Source: Macrostomum lignano (lineage: Eukaryota). Taken from it: DNA of 64,000 bases. This document shows, piece after piece, positions 33,493 to 45,709 of the stretch. Both the position numbers and the translations under genes were made by a program. Numbering within the stretch: position 1 is the stretch's first letter; the number at the start of each line of letters is the position of its first letter. Where the stretch lies: the NCBI GenBank assembly GCA_002269645.1, contig NIVC01003228.1, forward strand, positions 1 to 64,000, written 5' to 3'. The notes under the pieces are model-generated. The model was not told the origin of the DNA and ran no database searches. It saw only the letters and a program-made list of their open reading frames with translations.

Positions 33493-34051
33493 AAAGAGAC
33501 GAGCTGGAACCCGCTCTCACTCAGTGCACAGCTCTCCGTTGGAGCCTCGAGCCCTAGGGCAAATTATTTTGTTGAACTTTATCTACTCCAAGTAAGTTTT
33601 GCCGACTAGTGCAGCACTATTTTGCACTACAGCTTGAAAAGAGCTGCGCGAAAAAGTCTTTCTTTCTTTTAGCCGACATGTTTAGAAAGTGTGCACACAA
33701 AGGCGCCGCCTAATTGATTGATTGATTGATTGCTATAAATCAAGTAAAATTCCCATGTGAGAGATGGAGATACTCGTAAAACTATTAATACACAGTACAT
33801 ATAACATAGCGTTACCGCGTGCAAATGCAAAGTGCGCATAGAAAATAATGAAACGCGAATCGAATCCCTTGCTTGACTTGATAGAGTCGAGTGGAGTGGA
33901 ACTCGAAAGGAATCAGCAGACCTATGGTAAAAATTCAAGCAGCATCCAGTTGGCGGGCGCGGGCGGATTGGTGGGCCTGGGCCTAAGTATTAATGCATGC
34001 AGCAGCTGGAGTTAGTTGATGAGCGCGCGGCATGCAGTTAAAGAGGCAAAA

Positions 34052-34171
34052 AAGACAACAGCATTTGGTATTCCCAGGCGGTCACCCATCCAAGTACTAA
34101 CCAAACCCAACGTTGCTTAACTTCGGTGATCAGACGAGAACCGGTGTTTTCAATGTGGTATGGCCGTGGCC
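34052..34171 (-). rRNA. 5S: 5S rRNA, copy 7 (variant class)
   Basis: Three substitutions relative to copies 1-6: A4C, G18A, A71G. Confidence 0.96.
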
Positions 34172-34527
34172 ACTGGCTGATAGGAGCTGAGCTCATAATT
34201 AACCTGAACCTGCAGCTACATGTATACGGACCATACGGTACGGATCAATTGTTGGCCTCTCGTCTATACTCCAATTAATATATAATTCATTGTTGGCGCC
34301 ATCAACAAAGTTGTACATGTACATATGCACATCCGCATGCATAGAGCGATCTAAGAAATTACATTTGATTATTGCAACTCGAAGAGATAGCCTGCACTGT
34401 ACACCGCGATGCATATGCGCGCTATATGATGCTATATATGCTATGGTGCAACAACTAATTTTACAACTTAAATCCAGAATTACAATTAACCAACTATAAT
34501 TAGTTAATGTTGTCTTTGGCTTTGTTA

Positions 34528-34644
34528 GGCAGCCGCGGTAGCGCGGCTTGTCAAAAATTATTGAGTAGATCGCTCAATTGGATCCACGCGGTGTCTTACC
34601 ATGCAAAATTAAGAGTCTTCGCAGTAAGAGACCGTCGACACGGC
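34528..34644 (-). ncRNA. SL RNA, copy 7
   Basis: Same as copy 1. Confidence 0.92.
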
Positions 34645-35203
34645 AAAGAGACGAGCTGGAACCCGCTCTCACTCAGTGCACAGCTCTCCGTTGGAGCCTC
34701 GAGCCCTAGGGCAAATTATTTTGTTGAACTTTATCTACTCCAAGTAAGTTTTGCCGACTAGTGCAGCACTATTTTGCACTACAGCTTGAAAAGAGCTGCG
34801 CGAAAAAGTCTTTCTTTCTTTTAGCCGACATGTTTAGAAAGTGTGCACACAAAGGCGCCGCCTAATTGATTGATTGATTGATTGCTATAAATCAAGTAAA
34901 ATTCCCATGTGAGAGATGGAGATACTCGTAAAACTATTAATACACAGTACATATAACATAGCGTTACCGCGTGCAAATGCAAAGTGCGCATAGAAAATAA
35001 TGAAACGCGAATCGAATCCCTTGCTTGACTTGATAGAGTCGAGTGGAGTGGAACTCGAAAGGAATCAGCAGACCTATGGTAAAAATTCAAGCAGCATCCA
35101 GTTGGCGGGCGCGGGCGGATTGGTGGGCCTGGGCCTAAGTATTAATGCATGCAGCAGCTGGAGTTAGTTGATGAGCGCGCGGCATGCAGTTAAAGAGGCA
35201 AAA

Positions 35204-35323
35204 AAGACAACAGCATTTGGTATTCCCAGGCGGTCACCCATCCAAGTACTAACCAAACCCAACGTTGCTTAACTTCGGTGATCAGACGAGAACCGGTGTT
35301 TTCAATGTGGTATGGCCGTGGCC
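35204..35323 (-). rRNA. 5S: 5S rRNA, copy 8 (variant class)
   Basis: Same three substitutions as copy 7. Confidence 0.96.
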
Positions 35324-35800
35324 ACTGGCTGATAGGAGCTGAGCTCATAATTAACCTGAACCTGCAGCTACATGTATACGGACCATACGGTACGGATCAA
35401 TTGTTGGCCTCTCGTCTATACTCCAATGAATATATAATTAGTAATGCGGACGGATTACCGCGCTCGTAGTATATAGTAACTATAGTGGTGATTTGCAGTC
35501 AAGTCAAAGTCAACCTAACTAGCTCAACGCAAACAGTAACGCGTAGTCCAGTTTGACTCTATAATTCATTGTTGGCGCCATCAACAAAGTTGTACATATG
35601 CACATCCGCATGCATAGAGCGATCTAAGAAATTACATTTGATTATTGCAACTCGAAGAGATAGCCTGCACTGTACACCGCGATGCATATGCGCGCTATAT
35701 GATGCTATATGTGCTATGGTGCAACAACTAATTTTACAACTTAAATCCAGAATTACAATTAACCAACTATAATTAGTTAATGTTGTCTTTGGCTTTGTTA

Positions 35801-35824
35801 GGCAGCCGCGGTAGCGCGGCTTGT
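35801..35824 (-). pseudogene. Truncated SL RNA remnant (3' hairpin only) at the array edge
   Basis: GGCAGCCGCGGTAGCGCGGCTTGT, then array homology stops before the Sm site. Confidence 0.85.
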
Positions 35825-35863
35825 TAAACGTGTGTTTGTTTTACCAACGAATACATAAGGCAC

Positions 35864-36361
35864 ATGACACAACTCCTTGTTCATTTTTCCAGACGTGTGG
35901 ACATCCGTGGCGTCATTGACACGGTGGAGGAACCATCACCTATCATTACGAAACAAGGGAAGAAGGTTCATCGTGCCCGGTTAACCATTATTGATAATTC
36001 TGCTGCCTCCGTCTCCCTCATATTCTGGGGATCGTCCTCCGACCGGATAAATCAGTATCAGCACGGAGAATGCCTCGCCTTCATGAGAGGAGTGCTACAA
36101 GAGTACCCGGCTGGTACATTGCAAGTTGATTGTACTCATGCTCGAATACAGAAGCTGCAAGAGTATGAGGCAACCCAGCTGGACAATTGTGTGCGAGAAG
36201 CCAAACTACTGGGCACTAACTTCGAAGTCGCTTCGGTCTCACAGATAGAGACAACAGACCTTGCTAACTCGACTCAGCATACGCCAATCCGGTCAAGTCT
36301 CTATGCAAGTATTCAACCCGGAGGTGACAAGTTACACGTCGAGTTTAAGTTTGGCTCTTAA
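35864..36361 (+). CDS. RPA70-like OB-fold (ssDNA-binding) exon, probably transposon (Helitron-like) cargo
   Basis: VDIRGVIDTVEEPSPIITKQGKKVHRARLTIIDNSAASVSLIFWG resembles the RPA1 DBD-B pattern (VD..GV......I..K.G......L.L.D.S...V.LT.WG); likely acceptor TTTTTCCAG at 35892; 5' part not seen. Confidence 0.65.
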   Translation: MTQLLVHFSRRVDIRGVIDTVEEPSPIITKQGKKVHRARLTIIDNSAASVSLIFWGSSSDRINQYQHGECLAFMRGVLQEYPAGTLQVDCTHARIQKLQEYEATQLDNCVREAKLLGTNFEVASVSQIETTDLANSTQHTPIRSSLYASIQPGGDKLHVEFKFGS

Positions 36362-37659
36362 CTGGTGAGGGTTAATTGGATAGCTTTTGGGTTATGTTTG
36401 ACTACGCTCTTGTGTGCCTCAAATAATATTAATTCAAAACACCGTTACCTTTTTAGTTTGTGGGTGATTTAATCTGCATGACATATAATTCAAGCGTGTC
36501 TAAGTAAGTGGGACATTTATTGTATTGGATTTCTCATACAATCATAGGTCAGAGTAATCATATGTCACCTCATGATTATCTTTAATTTACAGGAAGCGCA
36601 ACAGGGAGGTCACCGAATGTGAGGAGGGTTCGGATTTGGAGAGTCCTTCCAAGTGCACCACACCTCGGCACTAGGAACTCGTCTTGTAAAGATAAGAAAG
36701 ATAAAAAGACTCCATGTTAGATAAATTAGAAACAAAATTGTTATAATACCATCTTTATACTTGTTATGTTCTGCTACTTGTATGAGTAGTAGTATCATCA
36801 TCAAATAGTCAGGCGACTTGTAGTAGTATTAGTTACAGATCAAGGGTAGTAAGACGAAAGTATAAATGTATCTCTTACCATAAATTAAAAACCCACATTT
36901 ATTACCGTAGAACAATAGCGTAATGTAAATGAATGGAACTGAAAACTCTCTTACCTGTCATGCCAGATTAAGAGTGCTCTACTCAACTAATGCTTCACCA
37001 AAAAGGTCAACTATTGTTCGCAAAAAATTAGAAAGTGGTAAAAACTTTCTTTCCAATCGATCAAACCGTGTTCTTAGCAGTATATAAATGCAAGTGAAAT
37101 TACAAGCAAATTAATCAGATTCTGGAGTGATCTAAGAACTCTCTAAGGAACTCTTTTTTTCTGCGACACAACGCCTGTATAGTCGACTTGTGATGCTAGA
37201 TTATTCGGCGAATCTACAAGTATTTGCGACAAATTGTGACTATTTGCGACTCATACGGAACTGGTGAAGTCCGAAACTAAGTGGACAGATTTGGTCACGG
37301 TTCTGGAACTGATTCTAGAATCGGAACCGTCGAAATGAAAAGTTCCGAACCGATTTTGGTTTTTGAGTCGGTGTAATGTATAAATAAATAGCGGCCCCAG
37401 TGCGTGACAACGATTGTTTTGCGAGCGCCGGTAGGCCGGTAGTCACGTGCTGCGGACGCTGTTTAATTCCATTGGCTAGAGATTTGACGATCAGCAACTG
37501 TCTATGGTCTTCTTTTAGAAAATTAGAACGGGGGTCAAGGGGGCTTGTGGGGGCGGCGCCCTCACTTACTCTATATTAATCCTTTCTAAAATAGGAATCA
37601 AGAAAACGTAGTAGAACATTGGCTTATTTTTATGTCTATGGTAGCAATCCATTATACTA

Positions 37660-37662
<3 letters not shown>

Positions 37663-37725
<63 letters not shown>
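37663..37725. repeat. (GT)n microsatellite
   Basis: Direct inspection. Confidence 0.97.
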
Positions 37726-37728
<3 letters not shown>

Positions 37729-38455
37729 CACGTTTAAAAGCAAACCGTTTGACCAATTTTCTCCATTTTTTTACCAACTTGTAGGAAATTCAACAGAGAT
37801 GGTATGATTAGTGTTAGTCTAGACAAATTGACAAGTCAAGTCATAATTGCAAGCGAAAAGAGGTGAGGAAACGATAGCCCATAGGCAAACCTGTTTATTG
37901 ATAATAAGCGTACGGTAGGGCAGGTGCAACGATAATATTCAATCAATAATATTTGGGGTTAAAAGCATGCACAAATGTGCAAGTACAAATCTGAATATGA
38001 TAGGGCATAGAAATAGCGCACGAAGTAAACGAGAGAGAGAAAGAGACAAGTGCGGCATGCACTCACTGAGCAAAGCTACAAACACAAACCCAACAATTAG
38101 TTTTTGGTATGTTTTCGTCAATGTTAAGTACCTGTAAAAGGTTAAAAACAGGTGTTTTCCCTATCTAATCCAATGTATTTTCTTCTAAGTTAGAAAGTTA
38201 TATAGTCTATGGCTGATGCATGCTGTTTATAACGAAAATCTGGGCGTATGCAAATTTCGCCTAAAATTCCTAAGATTAGAGGAGAAAGTATGATGTATTT
38301 TTAAATGGTAAAGAGCTTTCTTTAAAAAGGTATTTCTCTATCTAATCTATTCTTAATAGTCTACGGCTGATGCTGCTTTTTAAAGAATTTTATATACATA
38401 GGATCCTATTCTAGAGTTCCTTTTTACGTACTACTACCCTTAATCTCATCATTAG

Positions 38456-39068
38456 TTCCCATCAATAATACTTGCAAACACATTGCTGCCCTGCGCAGAA
38501 AGCGAAAGAGCACACTTCAGAGAAATCGTGAAGCGAAAGATAAGAGAATAAATGAATCGGATGCTTCTCGGCAGGAACGTCTGGAGTCGGGTCGTGAGCG
38601 AGAGGCGCTGCGTCGTTTTGCTGCTGAGCGTAGAGAATGTTTACGAACAGTTTCAACCAGTTTAAGTAATCCAGTTTCCAGTACTCAAGTAGCTCCCGTT
38701 CCTGGTGATGGAAACTGCTTTTTTCACGCTATCACCCACCAGCTCCAAGGTACTGAGCTTCAATCATGCCCATCTACTAAGCGTCAATTGTTTGCCGAAC
38801 GTTTGGCATTGTTACTTCAAGACTACCCTGAAATTGTTGCATCATACGAGACGACAGTGGAACAAATTGTGGCTGAAACTCGTTCTGACGGTGTGTATGT
38901 GCATGATTTAGTTTCGACGTTCATACATCGTGTTCTTAATGTCAATTATGAGATCTATCAGCGAGATGATGTCAACCGCAAAACGCTTCGCTTGATTCAG
39001 ACAGGGCACGAATCTAAGAATTGAAGTTCCGCTTCACATTACGCATATATGCGTTCGGAGGGGCAACT
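38456..39068 (+). pseudogene. Exon with a SWIM-like CKH motif, an Arg/Glu-rich helical repeat and an OTU-like cysteine protease; internal stop
   Basis: One frame (largely missed by the ORF track) reads PINNTCKHIAALRRKRK...NESDASRQERLESGREREALRRFAAE...VPGDGNCFFHAITHQL...KN*SSASHY. TGA at 39022-39024 precedes the OTU His. AG/GT boundaries at 38455/39069; further small exons follow (e.g. 39160-39201). Confidence 0.7.
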
Positions 39069-40661
39069 GTGAGGTATTATTTCTCTGAAATGTGTTCGAC
39101 AAAAACACATCATATTATATATATAGTCTCTAACAAGTGTTAATTTTTTCACTTTGTAGAAAACATTCGCGCTGTCGAACGAGTTTCAATCGGCAATCGC
39201 AGTAAGTCATGTTTTCACTGATATTCATATTTTGTTTCATATTTCATTACTACCTTCATTTATACTCGTATTTTCATATTATTTCATTCCGTATCATTAG
39301 GTTGTTTAACAATGTGTCTTTACAGGCGACATGACGAGCACGTCCGCTTCCCTGGTGGAGAGTGAGATGGTTAACCTGCTGTGTATATGGTAGTTGCTCA
39401 TAACAACAACGCGAAGGTTTGGTACTTTCTGAATGACGCATTACGTATGTTGATGTTATATTCCATAGTTTCTTAACTTTCTTGCTGAGTACTGACAGTT
39501 TTTGCCCTGTTAATTTAAAAGATTTTCCACCTAAGAGTAAGATACACAGTTAAATTACTTGGTATTCGGTATTTCAGCCAGTGATGAACCAGGTTGCCGA
39601 ATCAGACTGCTGGTACCTAAATTTTTAAAGTAAGTTGATTAATTTACTATGCCATCCGTTAAAACATACATATTAAATCGACCTAACTGTAAAACATAAG
39701 TTTGCGTACCACGTTCCATATGAAACGAATCAAAATAATTGGTTAGACTCAACTCTTAACTGTCATTTTATGGCACCGCCAGAAGACAGAAGAAATTTTA
39801 CAGGAATCCAGCCTTCTGATAACGAGGGGTAAGGTAGTGATGAGCAAGAGAAACTTGGACAAGTTTTAGTGGAATATTGGGTGTAACTTGATTGAGACAC
39901 CAGCTTTATGACGTTGATCGTAAAATTAAGTACGGTGAACAAACTCGTTTCCTGAACATAGACAGATAAAAACTATGGAGAAGCAACTTGGACATATATA
40001 TTACGGGTTATATAGCCCATAGCCCATGGCTGATTTCGATTGTCCTAAATTTTCTGAGCTTTATCTGTATTGCTGATATAATATATAACGTAATCTTCTA
40101 TAATCTATAAATATACTAAAGCTGAGACCGTCGTGTACGTATGTGTTTTTGCGTTTATTTTATAATATAATATAATAAATAACAGCCACGAATAAAAATT
40201 TGGTGTGCAAATGCAAATCATATTGTTTATGGTCAATGCTTCCGCCTTAATTTCATCTGCTTGTGGGAGAGGGTAGCAATCTTTTTAACTGGTAAAATGT
40301 CAATTGGAGGTGATTTATCTCATAAAAAATCATGCAACGATATCATTTATGAGAATTTCGAGGTTTTTAAAAGCTTTTTCTATGAATAAAGATGAGGTCC
40401 GTGAGATTTAATATCTTGAAGCTGTGTGTCTTAATTGTAATGGTAAGTAACTTGCAGACAAGTTCAATCTTAACAAACCAGCTGGAATAAATGAGTTTTT
40501 TCACTGTTGGTTGAAGTCCCCCGAAGGGGGGCATTAGATTGCTAGTTAAAGCTAAAAGTCGTTGTCACGCACTGTACAAAAAGCTACAACTTAGAAGCTA
40601 TACTTAAGCGAGAACGTTTCATTTCACAAAGCAGAGCAGAGCGGAGAGAGCCAAACTAAAA

Positions 40662-42010
40662 ATGGGGGCACCACAGGTTGTGCACTTAATAAATTATCAG
40701 CATCTTCCGGTTGACAGTCTCAATGGATTCACACGCGAGGAGTTGGATCTCGTTACCGAGTTGTCCGGGATCGACTGCCGTAGGGACGAATTAGTGAGCG
40801 ATTTCATCTCCTTCATTGAACGCTCTCTGGGCGAAGATGTGTCAGCTATTCCTATTCCCGACCTACCAGCCGATTTCGATCAAGAACTCAAAGAGCTAGA
40901 CGACGCAGAAATTGCTGGTCTTCCTGCGAGTAGTCGTAAGCAGATGGTTGAGCATGGAGAAAGGCTGGTTGCATTCTCGAACAGCCGTGGTTTAAACGCC
41001 AATCTAGGTAACGTTGATGACGCCACTCTGAATCACTACCTGCGCATCTATTATTTTCAACTAAAGACAAAGGAAGGCCGCGCTTATTCACCTTCTTCGC
41101 TAGTTTGCTTTCGTGCTGGAATACAACGATACTTGAATATTGTAGTGAAACGCAGGACCAACTGAGTTGCTAGCGGAACTCCTTTCGACGGTTCCAATCG
41201 CATGTTACAGTACAAAGTCCGGGAATACATTCAGTCTGGACAATCTACACAGAGCTTCGATCCAATTGAAGAAGGCGATATGTTGACGCTTCGGGCTTTT
41301 TTCGATCGCAGTGACGCTGAGTGGCTACAATACGAAGTTATGTTTGAGTTGCTATACCAATTGGGCGAGCGTGGTCAGGAACATTTAAAGTAATTTCTGA
41401 CGAAGAAGCCTCTGATTCGCCGCGTCGATGCGGATGGCAGATCCTACGCTTGTCTGCCTCTGCTACCGTCCAAGAACCGCCGAGCTGAACTGGACTCTGC
41501 TGCAGTAGCAGACAATAAACACGCAAGGATGTATGACGCCAAACTTCTGGATTTGTACGAGGCATCAATTCCTACGAATTGTGAATCGTTTTTACCGCGG
41601 CCGATAAAGTCTACGTCGGAGAAAAAGTTTTATTTCTCAACGAATGCGCGTCGCGGATACAGATTTCTGCAAGAATTTATGTCCAATCTTTCTGAGAAGG
41701 CCTAGCTAAGCAAACGATACACGAATCACTGCATCAGGTAATCTTGAACTACGATAAAATAGTACTACAGAATAATAATAGTAGGAGTAAGCAAAAATAA
41801 CGGTACTAAATATATTTGCATTAAAAAACGATTTCTTTCCAGAGTGACGCGAATTTGTGACCTGGATTCTTGTGGTCAAAGTGTTCACGACATTATGCTA
41901 GTAGCTGCATGGGCACAAATCAGTCTACAGTGCGACGAGATTTACACAAAAGACGCGACCGAAGTCTCTACAAGTCTGCTCAATGTGTTCAAGCCGCTAT
42001 GAAGCGTGAG
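40662..42010 (+). pseudogene. Crypton-type (DUF3504-like) tyrosine recombinase, decayed, with one intron
   Basis: LNHYLRIYYFQLKTKEGRAYSPSSLVCFRAGIQRYL, LGERGQE (catalytic R), YTNHCIR (HxxR) split by a GT-AG intron at 41738-41842, then IMLV..GHK in a shifted frame; in-frame stops at 41163, 41391 and 41703. Confidence 0.8.
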
Positions 42011-42517
42011 ATCAAGGATCGAGTCGTTGGTTCCGGAGCCAGTGTATCCGGAGCCAGTTGGTTCCGGGCTGCTTCGGGGTCTAGTACCTCCGGATCTGTT
42101 TGTCAGTTGCGCATGGGTACTGAGTCTGAGCACCTCCGAGTGGAATCCTCGTCTGGGAAGCGGATGCGAATCCCCGTTAATGGAGACGCCAACATCATTG
42201 ACTTCCTCTTCGAATAAAGTTAACCGGCTGTAATTATTTCTTTTCATTTTATTCATACTCAGTTCACCACGACATTAACATGCGTTTTCACTAGATTGCT
42301 TTTTGTTACACTTTAGAGTTTGTATGTTTGAACCTATTGATCGTTCAACTATTTAACTATTCCCCGTTTTCTTGCAAAAATATACGGTTTCGTCTCAGTT
42401 GGAAATACCTGCGCAGACAATGCATTGTTCTGCATAAAAACCTACATACAATGATCGTCAAATTGCTAGACAATTGTTAGTTGTCTATGTGATTCTGATA
42501 TAGACAATGTATGATTA

Positions 42518-43073
42518 TCGAGAGGTCACGCTTCACACACAACTGCCATAGCGTCGAGGCCGACACCAACAAGCGTTGCAATCGACCGCGTTAAACCAGC
42601 ACGGTTGCCCACTCCCCAGCGCGATGAGCCTACCAAGACCTCCGATATGGATGAGCCCATCCGAGCAAGGTTGAGACCCCGCCGTGTCACTTTTGCGTGA
42701 TCTGTGTTTGGTTTGTGTCCATACGGACACTACGAACATGTTCTTGTTTGTGCATGATGCCGTTTTCATAATGTTACTGTACCGAACCGATGCACATCTA
42801 GTTATCTTCCTTTTGGGAGGGGGTAGTTATAGCACTATGCGTTTTAATATAACACAACACTACAACACTAAGCATGCTTCTATTGTCTAGGGCAGAGGTT
42901 AATGATCAAATACAGTTCGTCAGCGCTAAGCTAAGAAGCCAGAGCGGCATTCCCTACCGCTAGCTTCACACCTTCGTTTCCACTGCAATTATCTGCTTTT
43001 TCTTAGTTGTAGCAACCGCTACAAATAGGCCGAGACGCGGTAAGGAAGTTGTGTGTGAAGCGTGACCTCTCGA
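42518..43073. mobile_element. 556-bp non-autonomous TIR element carrying a Gypsy 3' fragment
   Basis: Perfect 27-bp TIRs TCGAGAGGTCACGCTTCACACACAACT (42518-42544 / 43047-43073) with TA on both sides. The interior has VAIDRVKPA...RRVTFA* (Gypsy integrase C-terminus), a PPT GGGAGGGG and a probable LTR ending CTACA at 43023. Confidence 0.8.
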
Positions 43074-43423
43074 TAGTGGAATTGTGTCTATTTTCGTCCA
43101 AAAACCAATTCAAAACGGCTAGGACACAACTTCCCAGACGGGAATTGTTCACGGGAAATATGTGGCAATGCATGTCTAAAATTAGACGTCTAGGGTCTGG
43201 TTTGAACCACAGACATAAGTAGCTGCAACAAAAATACCACGGCCAAAGTCACCAACGAATAATCCAAAGTCGCCAACCAATAATCCAAAGTCGCCAAGTG
43301 GCCTTTGGATTTCCGCAGCTCTTTTGGATTTCCCTAGCCCAGCGACCATAGAATATATGTTCAACAATCACGCAGCCACACCGTGATAGATTCCCTTATG
43401 CACATTAGTAAAACAATGAGAAG

Positions 43424-44005
43424 TTGGCGACTTTGGCTGGCGACTTTGGCTGGCGATTTGGCTGGCGACTTTGGCTGGCGACTTTGGCTGGCGACTTTGG
43501 CTGGCGACTTTGGCTGGCGACTTTGGCTGGCGACTTTGGATGGCGATTTGGCTGGCGACTATGGCTGGCGACTTTGGCTGGCGACTTTGGTTGGCGACTT
43601 TGGTTGGCGACTTTGGCTGGCGACTTTGGTTGGCGACTTTGGCTCGCGACTTTGGCTGGTGACTTTGGTTGGCGACTTTGGCTGGCGACTTTGGCTGGCG
43701 ATTTGGCTGGCGACTTTGGCTGGCGACTTTGGCTGGCGACTTTGGCTGGCGACTTTGGCTGGCGACTTTGGCTGGCGACTTTGGATGGCGATTTGGCTGG
43801 CGACTATGGCTGGCGACTTTGGCTGGCGACTTTGGTTGGCGACTTTGGTTGGCGACTTTGGCTGGCGACTTTGGTTGGCGACTTTGGCTCGCGACTTTGG
43901 CTGGTGACTTTGGTTGGCGACTTTGGTTGGCGACTTTGGTTGGCGACTTTGGTTGGCGACTTTGGTTGGCGACTATGGCTGGCTACTTTGGCTGGCAACT
44001 TTGGC
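43424..44005. repeat. 13-bp minisatellite
   Basis: GGCGACTTTGGCT in tandem; a few inverted copies at 43245-43300. Confidence 0.95.
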
Positions 44006-44686
44006 TTATGGTTATTGTCATTGGTGTTCACTTTGATTAATGATCATTAAAACTGGTGATTTATTAATACGGTCGTATCAATGCTATTGTACTAATTGCG
44101 TTTAACATCATCGTCTAACACTCAATTTTAATACACATGTTACGTTTTAACAATAGTGTTCTAGTAACAATGTTTCAATATACATATCGTGCTTTTATTT
44201 TCTTTATCACACAATGTCAGTCAACTATAGTATTTTACTGATTATATACGCTTCTACGATCAAAGAACACAACTTGTATATAATAGATACATCCAATGAG
44301 TTTGATAATCGCCAATACGGAGCGGATGTTAATAGATTTTACATGTCTATATGTACTATTATTATATATAGCAAAGAAAGAAATTTGTTCGATTGTTCGA
44401 TTGCCTCAACAAAGCAAATATAGCGAGCCAGATTAGAATGTCTATGGTTCTGCATTATTCCGTCTGTGTTAGTCTGGCATCTTGATGTAAATCGATTGCA
44501 TTCACTTTTGTTATTTATAGAACTCCTTGAGCCGGTGGTCACCTATCGACATATCATTACCATAGACATAAACGTTATAAGACAGGTCAATAATATGCTC
44601 GGTTTGTAAATTCGATAAACTTTGAATGCCGTTTTTCACTTCGCTTGATTGGCCTTAATCTAATATATCAGATTATAATCTAATAA

Positions 44687-44848
44687 TTAGGGTTAGGGTT
44701 AAGTTAGGGTTAGGGCTAGCGTCAATTAGGGTTAGGGTTAGGTTAGGGTTAGGGCTGGCGTCAATTAGGGTTAGGGTTAAGTTAGGGTTAGGGCTGGCGT
44801 CAATTAGGGTTAGGGTAAGTTAGGGTTAGGGTTAGGGTTAGGGCTGGC
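44687..44848. repeat. Interstitial degenerate (TTAGGG)n in ~38-bp higher-order units
   Basis: TTAGGG runs interrupted by GCTGGCGTCAA. Confidence 0.85.
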
Positions 44849-45709
44849 TACTCTCAGACAGCAACAGGCGTTTCCCCAGATAAGTTGTTCAAAACAGCAG
44901 CATACATTTCATTAGACGAAATGAAATAAAAAAAATTTTTTATGCGAAAAATTTTCTAAGTCAAAATAATTTTGAGACTTAGAGAAATTTCATATTTCTC
45001 GGTCAGCGCAGCGTTTCCCAGAATAAAATAGGCTGTAACAGGTAAGTGGTTGGGTTAGTGGGATAAATATAGTGGTAGGTAGATAGGTGAGTAGGTAGGT
45101 AGGTAGGTAGGTAGGTAGGTATTTAGGTAGGTCGGTAGACAATTATATGTTTGGGTTGGGATTATAGTTGGACTTGGGTCAGTCAGATCGGGTCTTGTCA
45201 GATTGGGTTAGTTAGTCAGTCAATCGGTATGTATTAGCGTGCGTTAGGCATTATTGTATACATGCATGTTAGCTATATGACTGCTTGCTATATGGCTGGT
45301 TGTGGCAGTCAGTCAAACTTTTTAGCTATTTATAGCATATGTTACTATAAATATTATTAAATATCTTTTTACTATTTATAGCATATTGTTACTATAAATA
45401 TTACTAACTGTTACTATTTATGGCAATATGTAACTATAATTAGTAACAAATGCCACTAGTTATTGAAACATGTAACTATAAATAGATGCGTTTTCACCCC
45501 TTAGAGAAATTAGAAAGCCATAGACTATTCTAACTCGTGTAATAGAATCAAGCAATCAGTGAGTGAATGAATCTTCTATATCTCTTTTACCATAGACAAC
45601 TAGCAGTGAGGCTCAAAATACATGTGTTTTTGCTATCTCGGATTAAATTGCTTGCTGGTAGTCTCTACTAGCTTGCAAAATGCTATAGTAAAAAAGATAT
45701 TTATTAATA

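Larger units (their letters stand above)
26572..35824. repeat. 1152-bp tandem array (~8 units), each unit containing one 5S rRNA gene and one SL RNA gene
   Basis: Near-identical units at an exact 1152-bp period (also visible in the ORF track); the right unit is truncated and carries an insertion. Confidence 0.98.

Noticed and set aside
26757-35772. Repeated 63-89 aa ORFs in each array unit
   Set aside because: They overlap the 5S and SL genes and spacers, have no protein motifs, and recur only because the unit is repeated
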